A program made the position numbers and the translations under genes. From the NCBI GenBank assembly GCA_003514005.1, contig DOSJ01000004.1, positions 37,533 through 101,532 on the forward strand: a stretch of DNA of 64,000 bases. Direction: 5' to 3'. Origin of the DNA: Candidatus Falkowbacteria bacterium. Its GTDB lineage: Bacteria > Patescibacteriota > Patescibacteriia > Patescibacteriales > UBA12075. Positions 35,540 through 44,828 of the stretch are shown here, piece after piece. Numbering within the stretch: the stretch's first letter is position 1; each line of letters opens with the position of its first letter. Under the pieces are notes generated by a model. It searched no databases. It saw nothing but the letters and a program-made list of their open reading frames with translations, and was not told the origin of the DNA.

Positions 35540-35608
35540 AAGTATAAAGTTGAAAGTTGTAAAGTTAAATTTTGAAGATCATACTTTATAACTTTTAACT
35601 TTATACTT
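35540..35608. repeat. Imperfect inverted repeat of AAGTTGA/AAGTATA repeats
   Basis: AAGTATAAAGTTGAAAGTTGTAAAGT pairs with ATACTTTATAACTTTTAACTTTATACTT. Confidence 0.7.
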
Positions 35609-35616
35609 AGTAAAAA

Positions 35617-37488
35617 ATGTTAAAAAAATTTGTTTTACTATTTATAGTTGTTATCTGCATCTGCGGTTTTCTTTTTGCATCGTATAATTCGGCGAATGCT
35701 TTGTATCGTGCCAGTGATAGGATATCTACTTCCTGGCCCAGTACGGGAGCGAACCATATTTTTGAATTTCGCAATGTTAATGAAATTCCGGCTGGCGGAA
35801 AAATTGTACTTGATTTTGACGATGATTTCATGATTCCAAATGAGATGGATTTATCTGATATTGATTTTACGGTTGCGGATAATTCTAGCGGGCCTTATGT
35901 TGATCGGCAATTGGCAACAACCAGCTCTATTGTTGACGATGGAATTGCGATTGCGACAACAACAAGAATGATAGAGATTCATTTGAATAGCTCGGACGGA
36001 GTTTTAGCGCGCAGATACATGCGGATCATTGTCGGAAATCAAGCCGTTTATGGATCTGTTGGAACAAGAAACATTATAAATCCGGCAGTCGTTGGCTCAT
36101 ATCATATAAATGCGAGAATTTATAATTCAGGGAACAACTATTTGGAGGCTGCTTCAATCATCATCGCCGTTGTTGATCCGGTTGGAATGAGCACATATTC
36201 CAAGACGAGATACTTGGGCGCTTCACCGGTCGGCTGGCTGAATTTTGGTACGACACAAACTATTATGTCTATGACTACAAATTATCCAGCCCGTTGTCGT
36301 TATGCGACTGCTTCAGGCACGCCATATTCAAGCATGACCGAAAGCTTTAATTATGCTTCTACTACGGCATATTATTTTAATCATACGGTTATTTTGGATG
36401 ACTTGGTAAACGGTGGAGATTATTATTATTATGTCCGCTGTACGGACCAATTCGGTGTCCGGGATATTGTTAATGATTGTTTTTATTCCAGTGCTAGTAC
36501 TACGCCGTATTTTACGGCATCCGGCGTCCCTGTTACTTATTTGGAATGCGTTGATTATTATATTCCTTTTTCGATTTCCGGACAAGCAGGCGAAGGCGGT
36601 GGAGTTGACGACGGTGAGGGCGGAGACGACCCGGAAGAAACTGACTCAGGCACCAGTCATGGCGGCGGCACTGGCACAGGCAGCGGTGGTGGAGGAGGCG
36701 GTGGTGTCGGCTCGGCTCCATCGATGTATTTGCCTTACCCCCCACCTCCGGGAGCGCCGGGGGTTGTCTTTACCGGCTGGGCATATCCTGGAAAAGAAGT
36801 AGTTTTTTTGCAGGACGGCGTTGAACAGGGCAGGGTATTGGCAAAACCAGACGCTTCTTTTTCCGCTTATGTCGAGGAGTTGGTTCGCGGAGTATATACT
36901 TTTGGAATTTGGTCAGAGGATTCGTTAAAGCGCCGTTCAAGCACTTTTTCAACCACTTTTTGGCTGGAAGCCAACACCCAGACAACAATATCGGATATTA
37001 TCTTAACTCCGACGATTTCCGTAACTAATTCAGCTGTAACAGCCGGGCAGATGCTGGAAGTTTCCGGACAGACTGTACCGGAAAGTAATGTTGAAGCATG
37101 GCTTTATCCAGAAAAAAATATCAAAGTCCTTGATTTGGAGATTGTAAAAAAAATAGGCTTATCAAGTAAAAACGGAGATTGGTCATTGTATCTGGATACA
37201 AAAGATTTGGATGACGGTGCATATCTGGTAAAAGCGCGTACAACAATAAATGGCAAGGGCACTAGCGATTTTGGAAAAATTTTGAAAATAAGCATTGGCG
37301 CTGCGCCGATTGTAAAAGAAAGCGTATGTTCGGGGGCGGATCTTAATCTTGACGGCAAGGTCAATTTAACGGATTTTTCGATTTTATTATATCATTGGGG
37401 TGGAAGCAATGAATGTGCCGACCAAAACCATGATGGGATTGTCAATCTGACGGATTTTAGTATTATGATGTTCCATTGGACAGGTTGA
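35617..37488 (+). CDS. Secreted protein with C-terminal dockerin (623 aa)
   Basis: Signal peptide. The N-terminal module 'DRISTSWPSTGANHIFEF' is shared with surface proteins A and B. A Gly/Pro-rich linker follows. The C-terminus has the duplicated 'DLNLDGKVNLTDFSILL' / 'DQNHDGIVNLTDFSIMM' dockerin EF-hand-like repeats. Confidence 0.8.
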   Translation: MLKKFVLLFIVVICICGFLFASYNSANALYRASDRISTSWPSTGANHIFEFRNVNEIPAGGKIVLDFDDDFMIPNEMDLSDIDFTVADNSSGPYVDRQLATTSSIVDDGIAIATTTRMIEIHLNSSDGVLARRYMRIIVGNQAVYGSVGTRNIINPAVVGSYHINARIYNSGNNYLEAASIIIAVVDPVGMSTYSKTRYLGASPVGWLNFGTTQTIMSMTTNYPARCRYATASGTPYSSMTESFNYASTTAYYFNHTVILDDLVNGGDYYYYVRCTDQFGVRDIVNDCFYSSASTTPYFTASGVPVTYLECVDYYIPFSISGQAGEGGGVDDGEGGDDPEETDSGTSHGGGTGTGSGGGGGGGVGSAPSMYLPYPPPPGAPGVVFTGWAYPGKEVVFLQDGVEQGRVLAKPDASFSAYVEELVRGVYTFGIWSEDSLKRRSSTFSTTFWLEANTQTTISDIILTPTISVTNSAVTAGQMLEVSGQTVPESNVEAWLYPEKNIKVLDLEIVKKIGLSSKNGDWSLYLDTKDLDDGAYLVKARTTINGKGTSDFGKILKISIGAAPIVKESVCSGADLNLDGKVNLTDFSILLYHWGGSNECADQNHDGIVNLTDFSIMMFHWTG

Positions 37489-37496
37489 GAAAGTGC

Positions 37497-37643
37497 CGAA
37501 TGTCGAGTGTCGAGTGTCGAATTTTAATAACTGTTTATTAATTTTGTTTTCTTATTAATTTATGTTATAATATGTTTATAAATATTTTGTTAATTATTTT
37601 TAAAATTAACACTCGAAATTCGACACTCGACACTCGACATTCG
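37497..37643. repeat. Perfect 28-bp inverted repeat flanking a 91-nt spacer that contains a promoter
   Basis: CGAATGTCGAGTGTCGAGTGTCGAATTT (37497-37524) is the exact reverse complement of 37616-37643. The spacer carries TGTTATAAT at ~37563-37571, pointing at the Hsp20 gene. Confidence 0.95.
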
Positions 37644-37666
37644 AAAATCGACATTCGAAAATTTCT

Positions 37667-38119
37667 ATGAGTTTTTTAGATAAATTAAAAGTAAAAGTTG
37701 AAGAAAATAAAGACACAAGCGAGATTAAAGACGGTAAAGTTGATAAAAGCGCAGGTTTTATGCAGCTTGAAGTTGATATTTTTCAGACTGCTTCCGATAT
37801 TTTTGTGATTGCTCCAATGCCGGGTGTTGATATCAAGGATGTTGATATAAGTATTGAAAATGAAAACGATGTAGTAACTATCCAAGGCAAAAAAGACCGG
37901 CCTGCGGTAACAGAATTAAGTGAGGAAAAAGATGATGATTCAAAATTTTTGCGCCAGGAATGCAAATGGGGATTGTTTTATCGCCAAATAATTTTACCCC
38001 AAGAGATAAACGTGGCTGAGGTAGAGGCAAAATTTAAAAAAGGCATCTTAATATTAAGATTACCCATGCTTTTGCTCCAGACAAAAGGAAAGAAAAAGAT
38101 TACCATCAACAACGCCTAG
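37667..38119 (+). CDS. Hsp20/alpha-crystallin small heat-shock protein
   Basis: 'DIFQTASDIFVIAPMPGVDIKDVDISIENENDVVTIQGKK' and 'AKFKKGILILRLP' fit the alpha-crystallin domain pattern. Confidence 0.85.
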   Translation: MSFLDKLKVKVEENKDTSEIKDGKVDKSAGFMQLEVDIFQTASDIFVIAPMPGVDIKDVDISIENENDVVTIQGKKDRPAVTELSEEKDDDSKFLRQECKWGLFYRQIILPQEINVAEVEAKFKKGILILRLPMLLLQTKGKKKITINNA

Positions 38120-38160
38120 GATTTTTGTGTAAATATTTAATGTTGAAATTATTTTAAATT

Positions 38161-39921
38161 ATGAAGAAATTTTTTAGCGTACTTCTTTTGTTTTTTTTAT
38201 CGTACGCAAATATTTTACCGATTACCGATTCATTGGCCCAGACCAAGAATGCGGTTTTATTTTTGTCTCCTAATTCTGGTTCTTATACTGTAAATTCAAG
38301 TTTTTCAGTTAAAGTCGCAGTTAATAGCGGCGGCGGTACTGGCATAAATGCGGCCGAGGGTTTGATTAAATTCGACAATTCATTTTTGACAGTTACAAAA
38401 GTCGCAGACACCGGCTCTATTTTCAAGCTCTGGACAACGGATCCTACATTTTCAAATTCCGCCGGGACTATCAGCTTTGGCGGAGGATCCCCCGGGCCTT
38501 ATACCGGCAATAACGGGACAATATTTACGATTTCTTTTACTTCAAAAAAAGCTGGTACGACTGCGGTCAATTTCACTTCCGGTATTGTTCTGGCAGCCGA
38601 TGGCAAGGGCACTAATGTTTTCTCAGGATTTGGCAATGCCAGTTTTAATATAACAGAAGCGCAAAAAACCGAAGAAAAGCCGATAGAAAAACCAAAGGCA
38701 GAAGAAGAAAAACCGACAGCGAAAGGATTGCTTCCGCCTTTGCCGGAAGTATCCTCGGAAACTCATCCTGAAACTGATATCTGGTACATGAATAATCATC
38801 CGCAATTTTCTTGGAAGCTATTAGCTGATTTGATCGGTGTTAGCTACGATATTAGCACTAATCCAACAGCTGATCCGGGGGCTGAAATCGACGGTATTAT
38901 CGAGGATGTGCTTTTTGAAGAAGCGGTTCCGGATGGTGAACAATATTTTCATATTAAATATAAGAACAAGAGTGGTTGGGGACAGATTGCTCACCGCAAG
39001 CTTTTGGTGGACGCGACACCGCCAAAGAGTTTTAATGTTACCGTTGATAACGGGGGAGATGAAACCAATCCTGTGCCACAGTTACGATTCAAAACGATTG
39101 ATGAAGCATCTAGTTTGGATTATTACAAATTGAATGTTAATGAAAAAATTGAGCAGATAAAGCCGGAAGATATGGAAAAAGGCTATTATCAGCTTCAGCC
39201 GCTTGCGCCGGGTGAGTATTTGGCAGATATCGCCGCTTTTGATAAGGCCGGTAATGTGTCGTCTTCGACAGTAAAATTTTTAGTTGAGCCTTTGCGAGCG
39301 CCGATTATTACAAGTATACCAAAAACAGTCAATAGTAAAGAAGAATTGGTAATACGCGGCACATCATTTTATCCGCGGGTGAATGTAAAAATTTTCATCA
39401 TGAAGGACGGCAATGACCCGATCGAAGCATCTGTAAAAACCGATGATGATGGCAATTGGTCATATTTCCGCAATGAAATATTAGAAAAAGGTAATTATGA
39501 AGTATGGGCAAAAATAGTTGATGATCGCGGCGCGCAAAGTTCGGATAGTACCAGATATATCTTGTCTGTCATTTCCCTTTCTTTTATAGAAAGATTCAGC
39601 CTTTGGATTATTATTTTGCTGTTAACGATAATCGTTGCCTTGGTCTTGTATATTATTTATCAACGCCGGGAATATTTGGACGAAAAGCGAAGGATTATGC
39701 GTGAAACAGAAGAAGTAAAGGTAAAACTTGCCAAAATTTTCATGGCTTTGCGCGAAGAAGTGGATGAATTGATTGAGATGGCTGACAAAAAACCAGGGCT
39801 TTCCGATGCCGAGCGCCGCGTCAAGGAGCGGTTGCAGGAGTCGCTTGATATTTCCGAAGAGTTTATAAACAAAGAAGTGACTGACGTTGAGAAAGAAATC
39901 AAATTGCCAAAGAAAAAATAA
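38161..39921 (+). CDS. Cohesin-domain surface protein with C-terminal TM anchor and cytoplasmic coiled-coil tail (586 aa)
   Basis: After the signal peptide comes 'VLFLSPNSGSYTVNSSFSVKVAVNSGGGTGINAAEGLIKFDNSFLTV..GTISFGGG..FTISFTSKKAGTTAVNF', which is a cohesin-like pattern. TM helix 'LWIIILLLTIIVALVLYIIY' is followed by a charged helical tail. Confidence 0.75.
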   Translation: MKKFFSVLLLFFLSYANILPITDSLAQTKNAVLFLSPNSGSYTVNSSFSVKVAVNSGGGTGINAAEGLIKFDNSFLTVTKVADTGSIFKLWTTDPTFSNSAGTISFGGGSPGPYTGNNGTIFTISFTSKKAGTTAVNFTSGIVLAADGKGTNVFSGFGNASFNITEAQKTEEKPIEKPKAEEEKPTAKGLLPPLPEVSSETHPETDIWYMNNHPQFSWKLLADLIGVSYDISTNPTADPGAEIDGIIEDVLFEEAVPDGEQYFHIKYKNKSGWGQIAHRKLLVDATPPKSFNVTVDNGGDETNPVPQLRFKTIDEASSLDYYKLNVNEKIEQIKPEDMEKGYYQLQPLAPGEYLADIAAFDKAGNVSSSTVKFLVEPLRAPIITSIPKTVNSKEELVIRGTSFYPRVNVKIFIMKDGNDPIEASVKTDDDGNWSYFRNEILEKGNYEVWAKIVDDRGAQSSDSTRYILSVISLSFIERFSLWIIILLLTIIVALVLYIIYQRREYLDEKRRIMRETEEVKVKLAKIFMALREEVDELIEMADKKPGLSDAERRVKERLQESLDISEEFINKEVTDVEKEIKLPKKK

Positions 39922-40052
39922 TTTTACACGAAACATGTAGCACGCAGCACGCAACAATTATAAGTTGCGTGCTGTTTGTTTTGTGTCGTATTGCTTGTTG
40001 CATGTTGCTTGATGCGTGTTGCGTGCTATGTGTTGCAATATTTTTTAACGCT

Positions 40053-40061
40053 TGTTATAAT
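40053..40061 (+). promoter_or_regulatory. Extended -10 promoter only ~10 nt from the ATG (leaderless or near-leaderless mRNA)
   Basis: TGTTATAAT ends at 40061 and the start codon is at 40071. Confidence 0.45.
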
Positions 40062-40070
40062 TAAAGCACT

Positions 40071-40685
40071 ATGAATCGATTGAATCTAATCGCGAATAAG
40101 CGCGCGCTCGTGATAGTCGCGCATCCGGACGACGAGACAATCTGGATGGGAGGAACGATCCGCAAGCAAACCGATGTCTTATGGACTATTTTTTCTTTGT
40201 GCCGTGAAAGCGACAAAGATCGCGAGCCAAAATTTCGCCGTGTTTGTGCGTACTACAAAGCCGAGTGCTTGATTGCCGATCTTGACGATGAGGGCAAGCT
40301 TGATTTAAACGAAGCCAAGGAAGAGGCAAAAAAAATATTAACAGTTACGCTGAAAGAAAATAATTATGACTATATTTTTACGCACGGTACAAATGGCGAA
40401 TATGGACACTTGCTTCATATCGCAGTCCACAAGGCGGTTGCCGAATTGATAAAAGAAGAGAAACTAAAACCGGAGGCGGTTTTTTATTTTGATTATACAA
40501 AAAAAGGCTCAAAATTAATTTCAGGAAACAAAAGCCTGACTGTTGAATTGACCAAGGATGAGATATTGAAAAAAAAACAGATTGTCGCGGAAATGTACGG
40601 ATATGCACCGGATGGAATCGATGTCGGCTACTGCACAAATCCGGAAGCATTTACGCGGTGCGTAGTAAAAAGTAAAAAGTTATAA
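40071..40685 (+). CDS. PIG-L/LmbE-family deacetylase
   Basis: 'LVIVAHPDDETIWMGG' and 'THGTNGEYGHLLH' motifs. Confidence 0.8.
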   Translation: MNRLNLIANKRALVIVAHPDDETIWMGGTIRKQTDVLWTIFSLCRESDKDREPKFRRVCAYYKAECLIADLDDEGKLDLNEAKEEAKKILTVTLKENNYDYIFTHGTNGEYGHLLHIAVHKAVAELIKEEKLKPEAVFYFDYTKKGSKLISGNKSLTVELTKDEILKKKQIVAEMYGYAPDGIDVGYCTNPEAFTRCVVKSKKL

Positions 40686-40710
40686 AGTTTTAAATTTAAT
40701 TATAAAATTT

Positions 40711-41853
40711 ATGAAAATCGCAGTACTTCACGCGTATCCGGTCGAACCGGATGGTCTTTCGATCCAGGGCAACCTGCTTTATCGAGGACTAAAAGAGATT
40801 GGAGTAGATGTTATGCCATGCCACTATGTTCCAAATTTTCAAAAGCAATGGCTTTTTGACGCCTATAAGCCGGACATCGCGATCGGCGTCGGTTGCTGGA
40901 CCTATACGCCGGATATTATCTACAGTCCGCAAAATCATGGCGTAATTCCTGTGCCGTGGTTTGTGGCCGATGGCTGGGTGGCAAATTATCACGATGTTAT
41001 TGGCAAACTACCGCTGGTTCTTACGACTAGCAACTGGGTAACAGATACGTATAAGCGCGATGGTGTTAATGTGAATAATTTTCGCACTTTGCCAATCGGT
41101 TTTGATGCGGATGAGATGCGCCCAATTCTAAAGAGCGATCCCAAAATCATCAAGCTGCGCGAAATGCTCGGCATTCAGCCGCATGAAAAGATGATTTTGA
41201 CAGTCGGCGGCGACGTAACCAGTAAAGGGGCGCAAGAAATGTTTCATGCCTTGGCTGAGGTTGATAAAACTTTCAAAGATTGGAAATACGTTCTTAAACA
41301 CTGGGATTGCGAGTCGGCCGAGGTTCATGGCAAGGAAGAGGACGTGCTAATCGACCAGCTTGGGCTGGATCGCGGCAAAATCCAGTTTTTGTCCGGCGCC
41401 TTTTCCCATGATTTTATGGCCTATCTATTATCGGCCGCGGATATATACGCCGCCCCGAGTCGCCTGGAAGGTTTTGGCATGATTCAAATGGAAGCGGAAG
41501 CTTGCGGAGTGCCTGTTATTTCCATTAATGTCGGCGGTCCGGTAGATACGATTGTTCATGGCAAGACCGGTTATTTGGCGTCAATCGGCAGTACAGTCGC
41601 TTTGACAGAGGAGTGGGCGTATGAAAGCATGGGCTTTGAAGCAGATCACAAGGTAAAATTTGACGAACCGAAAGTATTTGCTTATCGCGCGGACATTGCC
41701 GAGTTGGCAAAATACACTTTGGAACTTTTGACCAACGACAAGCTGCGTGAAGAGATGGGTCAGAACGGACGCGCGCACGCGATGGCAAATTTCCAATACA
41801 AGGACGTAGCGCAAAAAGCTATGAAATTTATTGAAGAGAATATTAAGCTTTAA
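40711..41853 (+). CDS. GT4-family glycosyltransferase
   Basis: C-terminal 'PSRLEGFGMIQMEAEACGVPVISINVGGPVDTIVHGKTGYL' (EX7E motif region). Confidence 0.85.
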   Translation: MKIAVLHAYPVEPDGLSIQGNLLYRGLKEIGVDVMPCHYVPNFQKQWLFDAYKPDIAIGVGCWTYTPDIIYSPQNHGVIPVPWFVADGWVANYHDVIGKLPLVLTTSNWVTDTYKRDGVNVNNFRTLPIGFDADEMRPILKSDPKIIKLREMLGIQPHEKMILTVGGDVTSKGAQEMFHALAEVDKTFKDWKYVLKHWDCESAEVHGKEEDVLIDQLGLDRGKIQFLSGAFSHDFMAYLLSAADIYAAPSRLEGFGMIQMEAEACGVPVISINVGGPVDTIVHGKTGYLASIGSTVALTEEWAYESMGFEADHKVKFDEPKVFAYRADIAELAKYTLELLTNDKLREEMGQNGRAHAMANFQYKDVAQKAMKFIEENIKL

Positions 41854-41869
41854 TTTTTATTGTGCAAAC

Positions 41870-41901
41870 AACCCCGCCCTTCGTGAAGGGCGGGGTTTTT
41901 G
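41870..41901 (+). terminator. Rho-independent terminator
   Basis: AACCCCGCCCT-TCGTGA-AGGGCGGGGTT followed by a T-run. Confidence 0.9.
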
Positions 41902-41911
41902 CTAAAATTGA

Positions 41912-43345
41912 ATGGAATATCAGGAAAAAATCAGGATTTTTTATTATATTTGCATATCATACATTTTTGGCATTCTTGTTGCTTCGTTTTTACCGCAAAA
42001 AATTATTAAAAATATTTTTTTATTTTTTTGCATATTTGTATTGCTCACCAGTTTAATTTTTATTTTTAATAAAAAAAGAATTAAATTAATTCTATTGATC
42101 TTTGCTGTTTTGTTTTTTGCATTATGGCGTTATGCTTTTTATTTACCGCAAGACACTTTAGAAAATATTTGGCATTATAATGGTGAGTTAATTACCTTTC
42201 GCGGACTAGTAAACAAAGAAGCTGATGCTAGATTAAATAATCAAAAACTGGAAATTTCTGAATTGGCAATAATGAGTAACCACACGAAAAAGGTTCAGGG
42301 GAAGGTGCTGGTCACAACCGAATTGTTTCCGGCATATGCGTATGGCGAAGAACTGGAAATTACCTGCGATTTAAAAAAACCCGAGCCGTTTTCCGGTTTT
42401 GATTATGACCGTTATTTGGCGCGTCATGATATTTTTTCTGTTTGTTATTATCCTAAAATATTAAAAATAAAATCAGAAAATAAATTTAGTCTAAAACAAA
42501 ATTTTTATAAAAATATTTTTTTGTTCAAAGATAAAATGCGATACCTAATCGAGGGTGGATTATCAAAAACAGAAGCGGATTTTGCCAAAGCGATTATTTT
42601 GGGAGATATGAACGCGATTTCAAAAGAGTGGCAAGAAATATTTTCTCGGGCCGGAATCAGTCATATCGTTTCGATTTCCGGAACACACATCAGTATACTA
42701 GCTGTCATTGTCATGTCGTTTTTGCTAAATATTGGTCTTTGGCGCAAGCATGCTTTTTATCTGACAAATATTTTTTTGGCGGTTTATATTATTTTAATCG
42801 GCATGCCGGCCAGCGCTATGCGTGCCGGATTAATGGGGTTTTGCGTTCTTTGGGCATTAAAATTGGGGAGAATAAGTAAAATTTTTAATTCGCTTTTGTT
42901 ATCGGCCGTTATTTTACTTTTAATCAATCCTTTACTGTTGAGAGACGATATTGGCTTTCAATTGTCATTTTTGGCAGTTTTTGGAATTGTTTATGTTCTG
43001 CCATATATAAAAAAATATTCTGAAAAAATTTTGGGAGAAAAACTGGCTAATCAAAAAATTTTAAAAATAATAATTGATGTTTTTGGCATTACTCTTGCCG
43101 CCCAGGTGTTTACTTTGCCGATTATATATTATAATTTTGGTAGTATATCATTGGTAGCGCCTCTGACTAATTTACTTGTGCTCTGGGTTTTCCCACCGCT
43201 TATGATTTTTTTATTGTTAGCAATGCTTGTCGGCTGGTTTTTTCCATCTTGGCTAATCGTTATATTCTTTCCGGCAAAAATTCTTTTGGCTTACACCTTG
43301 TTTGTCTCGCATTTGCTAGGGGCATGGAAATATGCGATTTTTTAA
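41912..43345 (+). CDS. comEC: ComEC/Rec2-family DNA internalisation channel protein
   Basis: Polytopic membrane protein. It has an N-terminal DUF4131-like OB region and the competence-domain motif 'AGISHIVSISGTHISILA'. No C-terminal metallo-beta-lactamase domain. Confidence 0.75.
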   Translation: MEYQEKIRIFYYICISYIFGILVASFLPQKIIKNIFLFFCIFVLLTSLIFIFNKKRIKLILLIFAVLFFALWRYAFYLPQDTLENIWHYNGELITFRGLVNKEADARLNNQKLEISELAIMSNHTKKVQGKVLVTTELFPAYAYGEELEITCDLKKPEPFSGFDYDRYLARHDIFSVCYYPKILKIKSENKFSLKQNFYKNIFLFKDKMRYLIEGGLSKTEADFAKAIILGDMNAISKEWQEIFSRAGISHIVSISGTHISILAVIVMSFLLNIGLWRKHAFYLTNIFLAVYIILIGMPASAMRAGLMGFCVLWALKLGRISKIFNSLLLSAVILLLINPLLLRDDIGFQLSFLAVFGIVYVLPYIKKYSEKILGEKLANQKILKIIIDVFGITLAAQVFTLPIIYYNFGSISLVAPLTNLLVLWVFPPLMIFLLLAMLVGWFFPSWLIVIFFPAKILLAYTLFVSHLLGAWKYAIF

Positions 43346-43808
43346 TTTATTACTGAGTTTCAGATATGTTGACTTAATGATATTTTAATATTTGATATGG
43401 TATGATATAATCAAATAAAGATAAACAATTATTAGTTCTTTAATAAAATATCAGCTAAAACGAGAAAATATATTTCTCGTGAACTGAAAAAGCTTCACCA
43501 TTCGTTTATACAAGATTTGGATTAAATAATTAGCATGGCTTTCCGTTTCCTTCGTTTCTTTGGAAACGTAGGTAGGAATAAAGAGTATTAAATCTGTATC
43601 AACCTATTTTCTTTTGGAACAAAAAAATTTCTAAGAGATTTTAACAGGATACAATCTGCGATTAAATTTGCAGAACTCTCTAAATATAGCCATTTCTTGG
43701 ATACTGCTTCTGGTGGAGCTTTTTTAGTTTTCTTTTTCTTTATAAAACATTAACATTTTTCTCTCTTTACAAAATTTATAAATATTGTAAGATTAAAGAA
43801 TATTTATG

Positions 43809-43879
43809 CGGGCTGTAGTATAATGGTAGTACGCGAGGCTGGGGGTCTTGTAGCCCGAGTTCGATTCTCGGCAGCCCGA
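43809..43879 (+). tRNA. tRNA-Pro (anticodon GGG)
   Basis: Hand-folded cloverleaf. Acceptor CGGGCTG/CAGCCCG, D-stem GTAT/GTAC, anticodon stem CGAGG/TCTTG with loop CT-GGG-GG, T-arm CCGAG-TTCGATT-CTCGG, discriminator A. No encoded CCA. Confidence 0.85.
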
Positions 43880-43895
43880 CGTCGTATCCAAATGT

Positions 43896-43998
43896 AAAAT
43901 GTAAATCTCAAAATTCAAAATTGCAATGTAAAATTTAAAAATTTATTTATTAATTTTTCATTTTAAACTGCAATTTTGAATTATGAGATTTACATTTT
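43896..43998. repeat. Imperfect ~39-nt inverted repeat (hairpin) between the two tRNAs
   Basis: AAAATGTAAATCTCAAAATTCAAAATTGCAATGTAAAAT pairs with CATTTTAAACTGCAATTTTGAATTATGAGATTTACATTTT. 24-nt loop. Confidence 0.8.
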
Positions 43999-44077
43999 AA
44001 ATTATACTAATTTATATAATCATGGGATTTTAATATTTAAAACAAGTTTAAAACCAAAAATATTAAATTAAATAAAG

Positions 44078-44159
44078 GGGTGCGTGGCGAAACTGGTAGA
44101 CGCATACGCTTCAGGTGCGTACGGAGCAATCTGTGTGGGTTCGAGTCCCACCGCGCCCA
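44078..44159 (+). tRNA. tRNA-Leu (anticodon CAG)
   Basis: Hand-folded type II tRNA. Acceptor GGGTGCG/CGCGCCC, D-arm GCG-AAACTGGTAGA-CGC, anticodon stem TACGC/GCGTA with loop TT-CAG-GT, long variable arm, T-arm GTGGG-TTCGAGT-CCCAC, discriminator A. Confidence 0.9.
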
Positions 44160-44213
44160 CTGATTTTTTGTTCATTTTATTTTTTATAAAAACTATTAAC
44201 AAGGGGGGGCATA

Positions 44214-44717
44214 ATGGAAAACCAAAAATTTACCGCCGAAGAAATAGGTAGACTACTAACGACTGATGAAATTAATCAAAAATTGAATTTGTTTTTCAAC
44301 GAACACAAAGAAATACTTCCCAAAACCGTTCATGAAACAAAAGAGCATTTGCTGACTTTGGATTTGGTGCCAGTACAAAATTCTACTGTTGAACTTCCCA
44401 TAGCTTTTAGATCCAATGTTACTCAGTCCCCAGATTACTATAAACAAAGCTGGAAACACGAAGTTAATAATGGATTTTGGCTTAATGGGCAAAGAATAAA
44501 AGTGGCGTGCGCAATGTGCGATATATATTTTGGCGCATCTGTGCCCCAGCTGTACCAATGTCTTAAAAGTTCTTTAGATCACTCAAATAACAATAAAAAA
44601 CCACCGTTTGTTTTTATAACAGATAGAGCGAAAAACTCATTTAATGGGGTGCCATCCGGGACTGTGGTTGTAAAGACATCAAAAAAATATAAGGAAACCA
44701 AGATTCGATTAGTGTAA
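44214..44717 (+). CDS. Hypothetical protein (167 aa)
   Basis: Strong SD (AAGGGGGGG) 6 nt upstream, and a terminator follows. No recognisable motif. Confidence 0.6.
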   Translation: MENQKFTAEEIGRLLTTDEINQKLNLFFNEHKEILPKTVHETKEHLLTLDLVPVQNSTVELPIAFRSNVTQSPDYYKQSWKHEVNNGFWLNGQRIKVACAMCDIYFGASVPQLYQCLKSSLDHSNNNKKPPFVFITDRAKNSFNGVPSGTVVVKTSKKYKETKIRLV

Positions 44718-44738
44718 TATTCAATAAAAGTAGATAAA

Positions 44739-44767
44739 AGGTCCGTAAAAAATGCGGACCTGTTTTT
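44739..44767 (+). terminator. Rho-independent terminator
   Basis: AGGTCCG..CGGACCT followed by GT5. Confidence 0.8.
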
Positions 44768-44828
44768 ATATAAGGAATTGCTTAAAATACAAAAAAAGTG
44801 TATTATTTAAATAGGAAAATAATAATAT

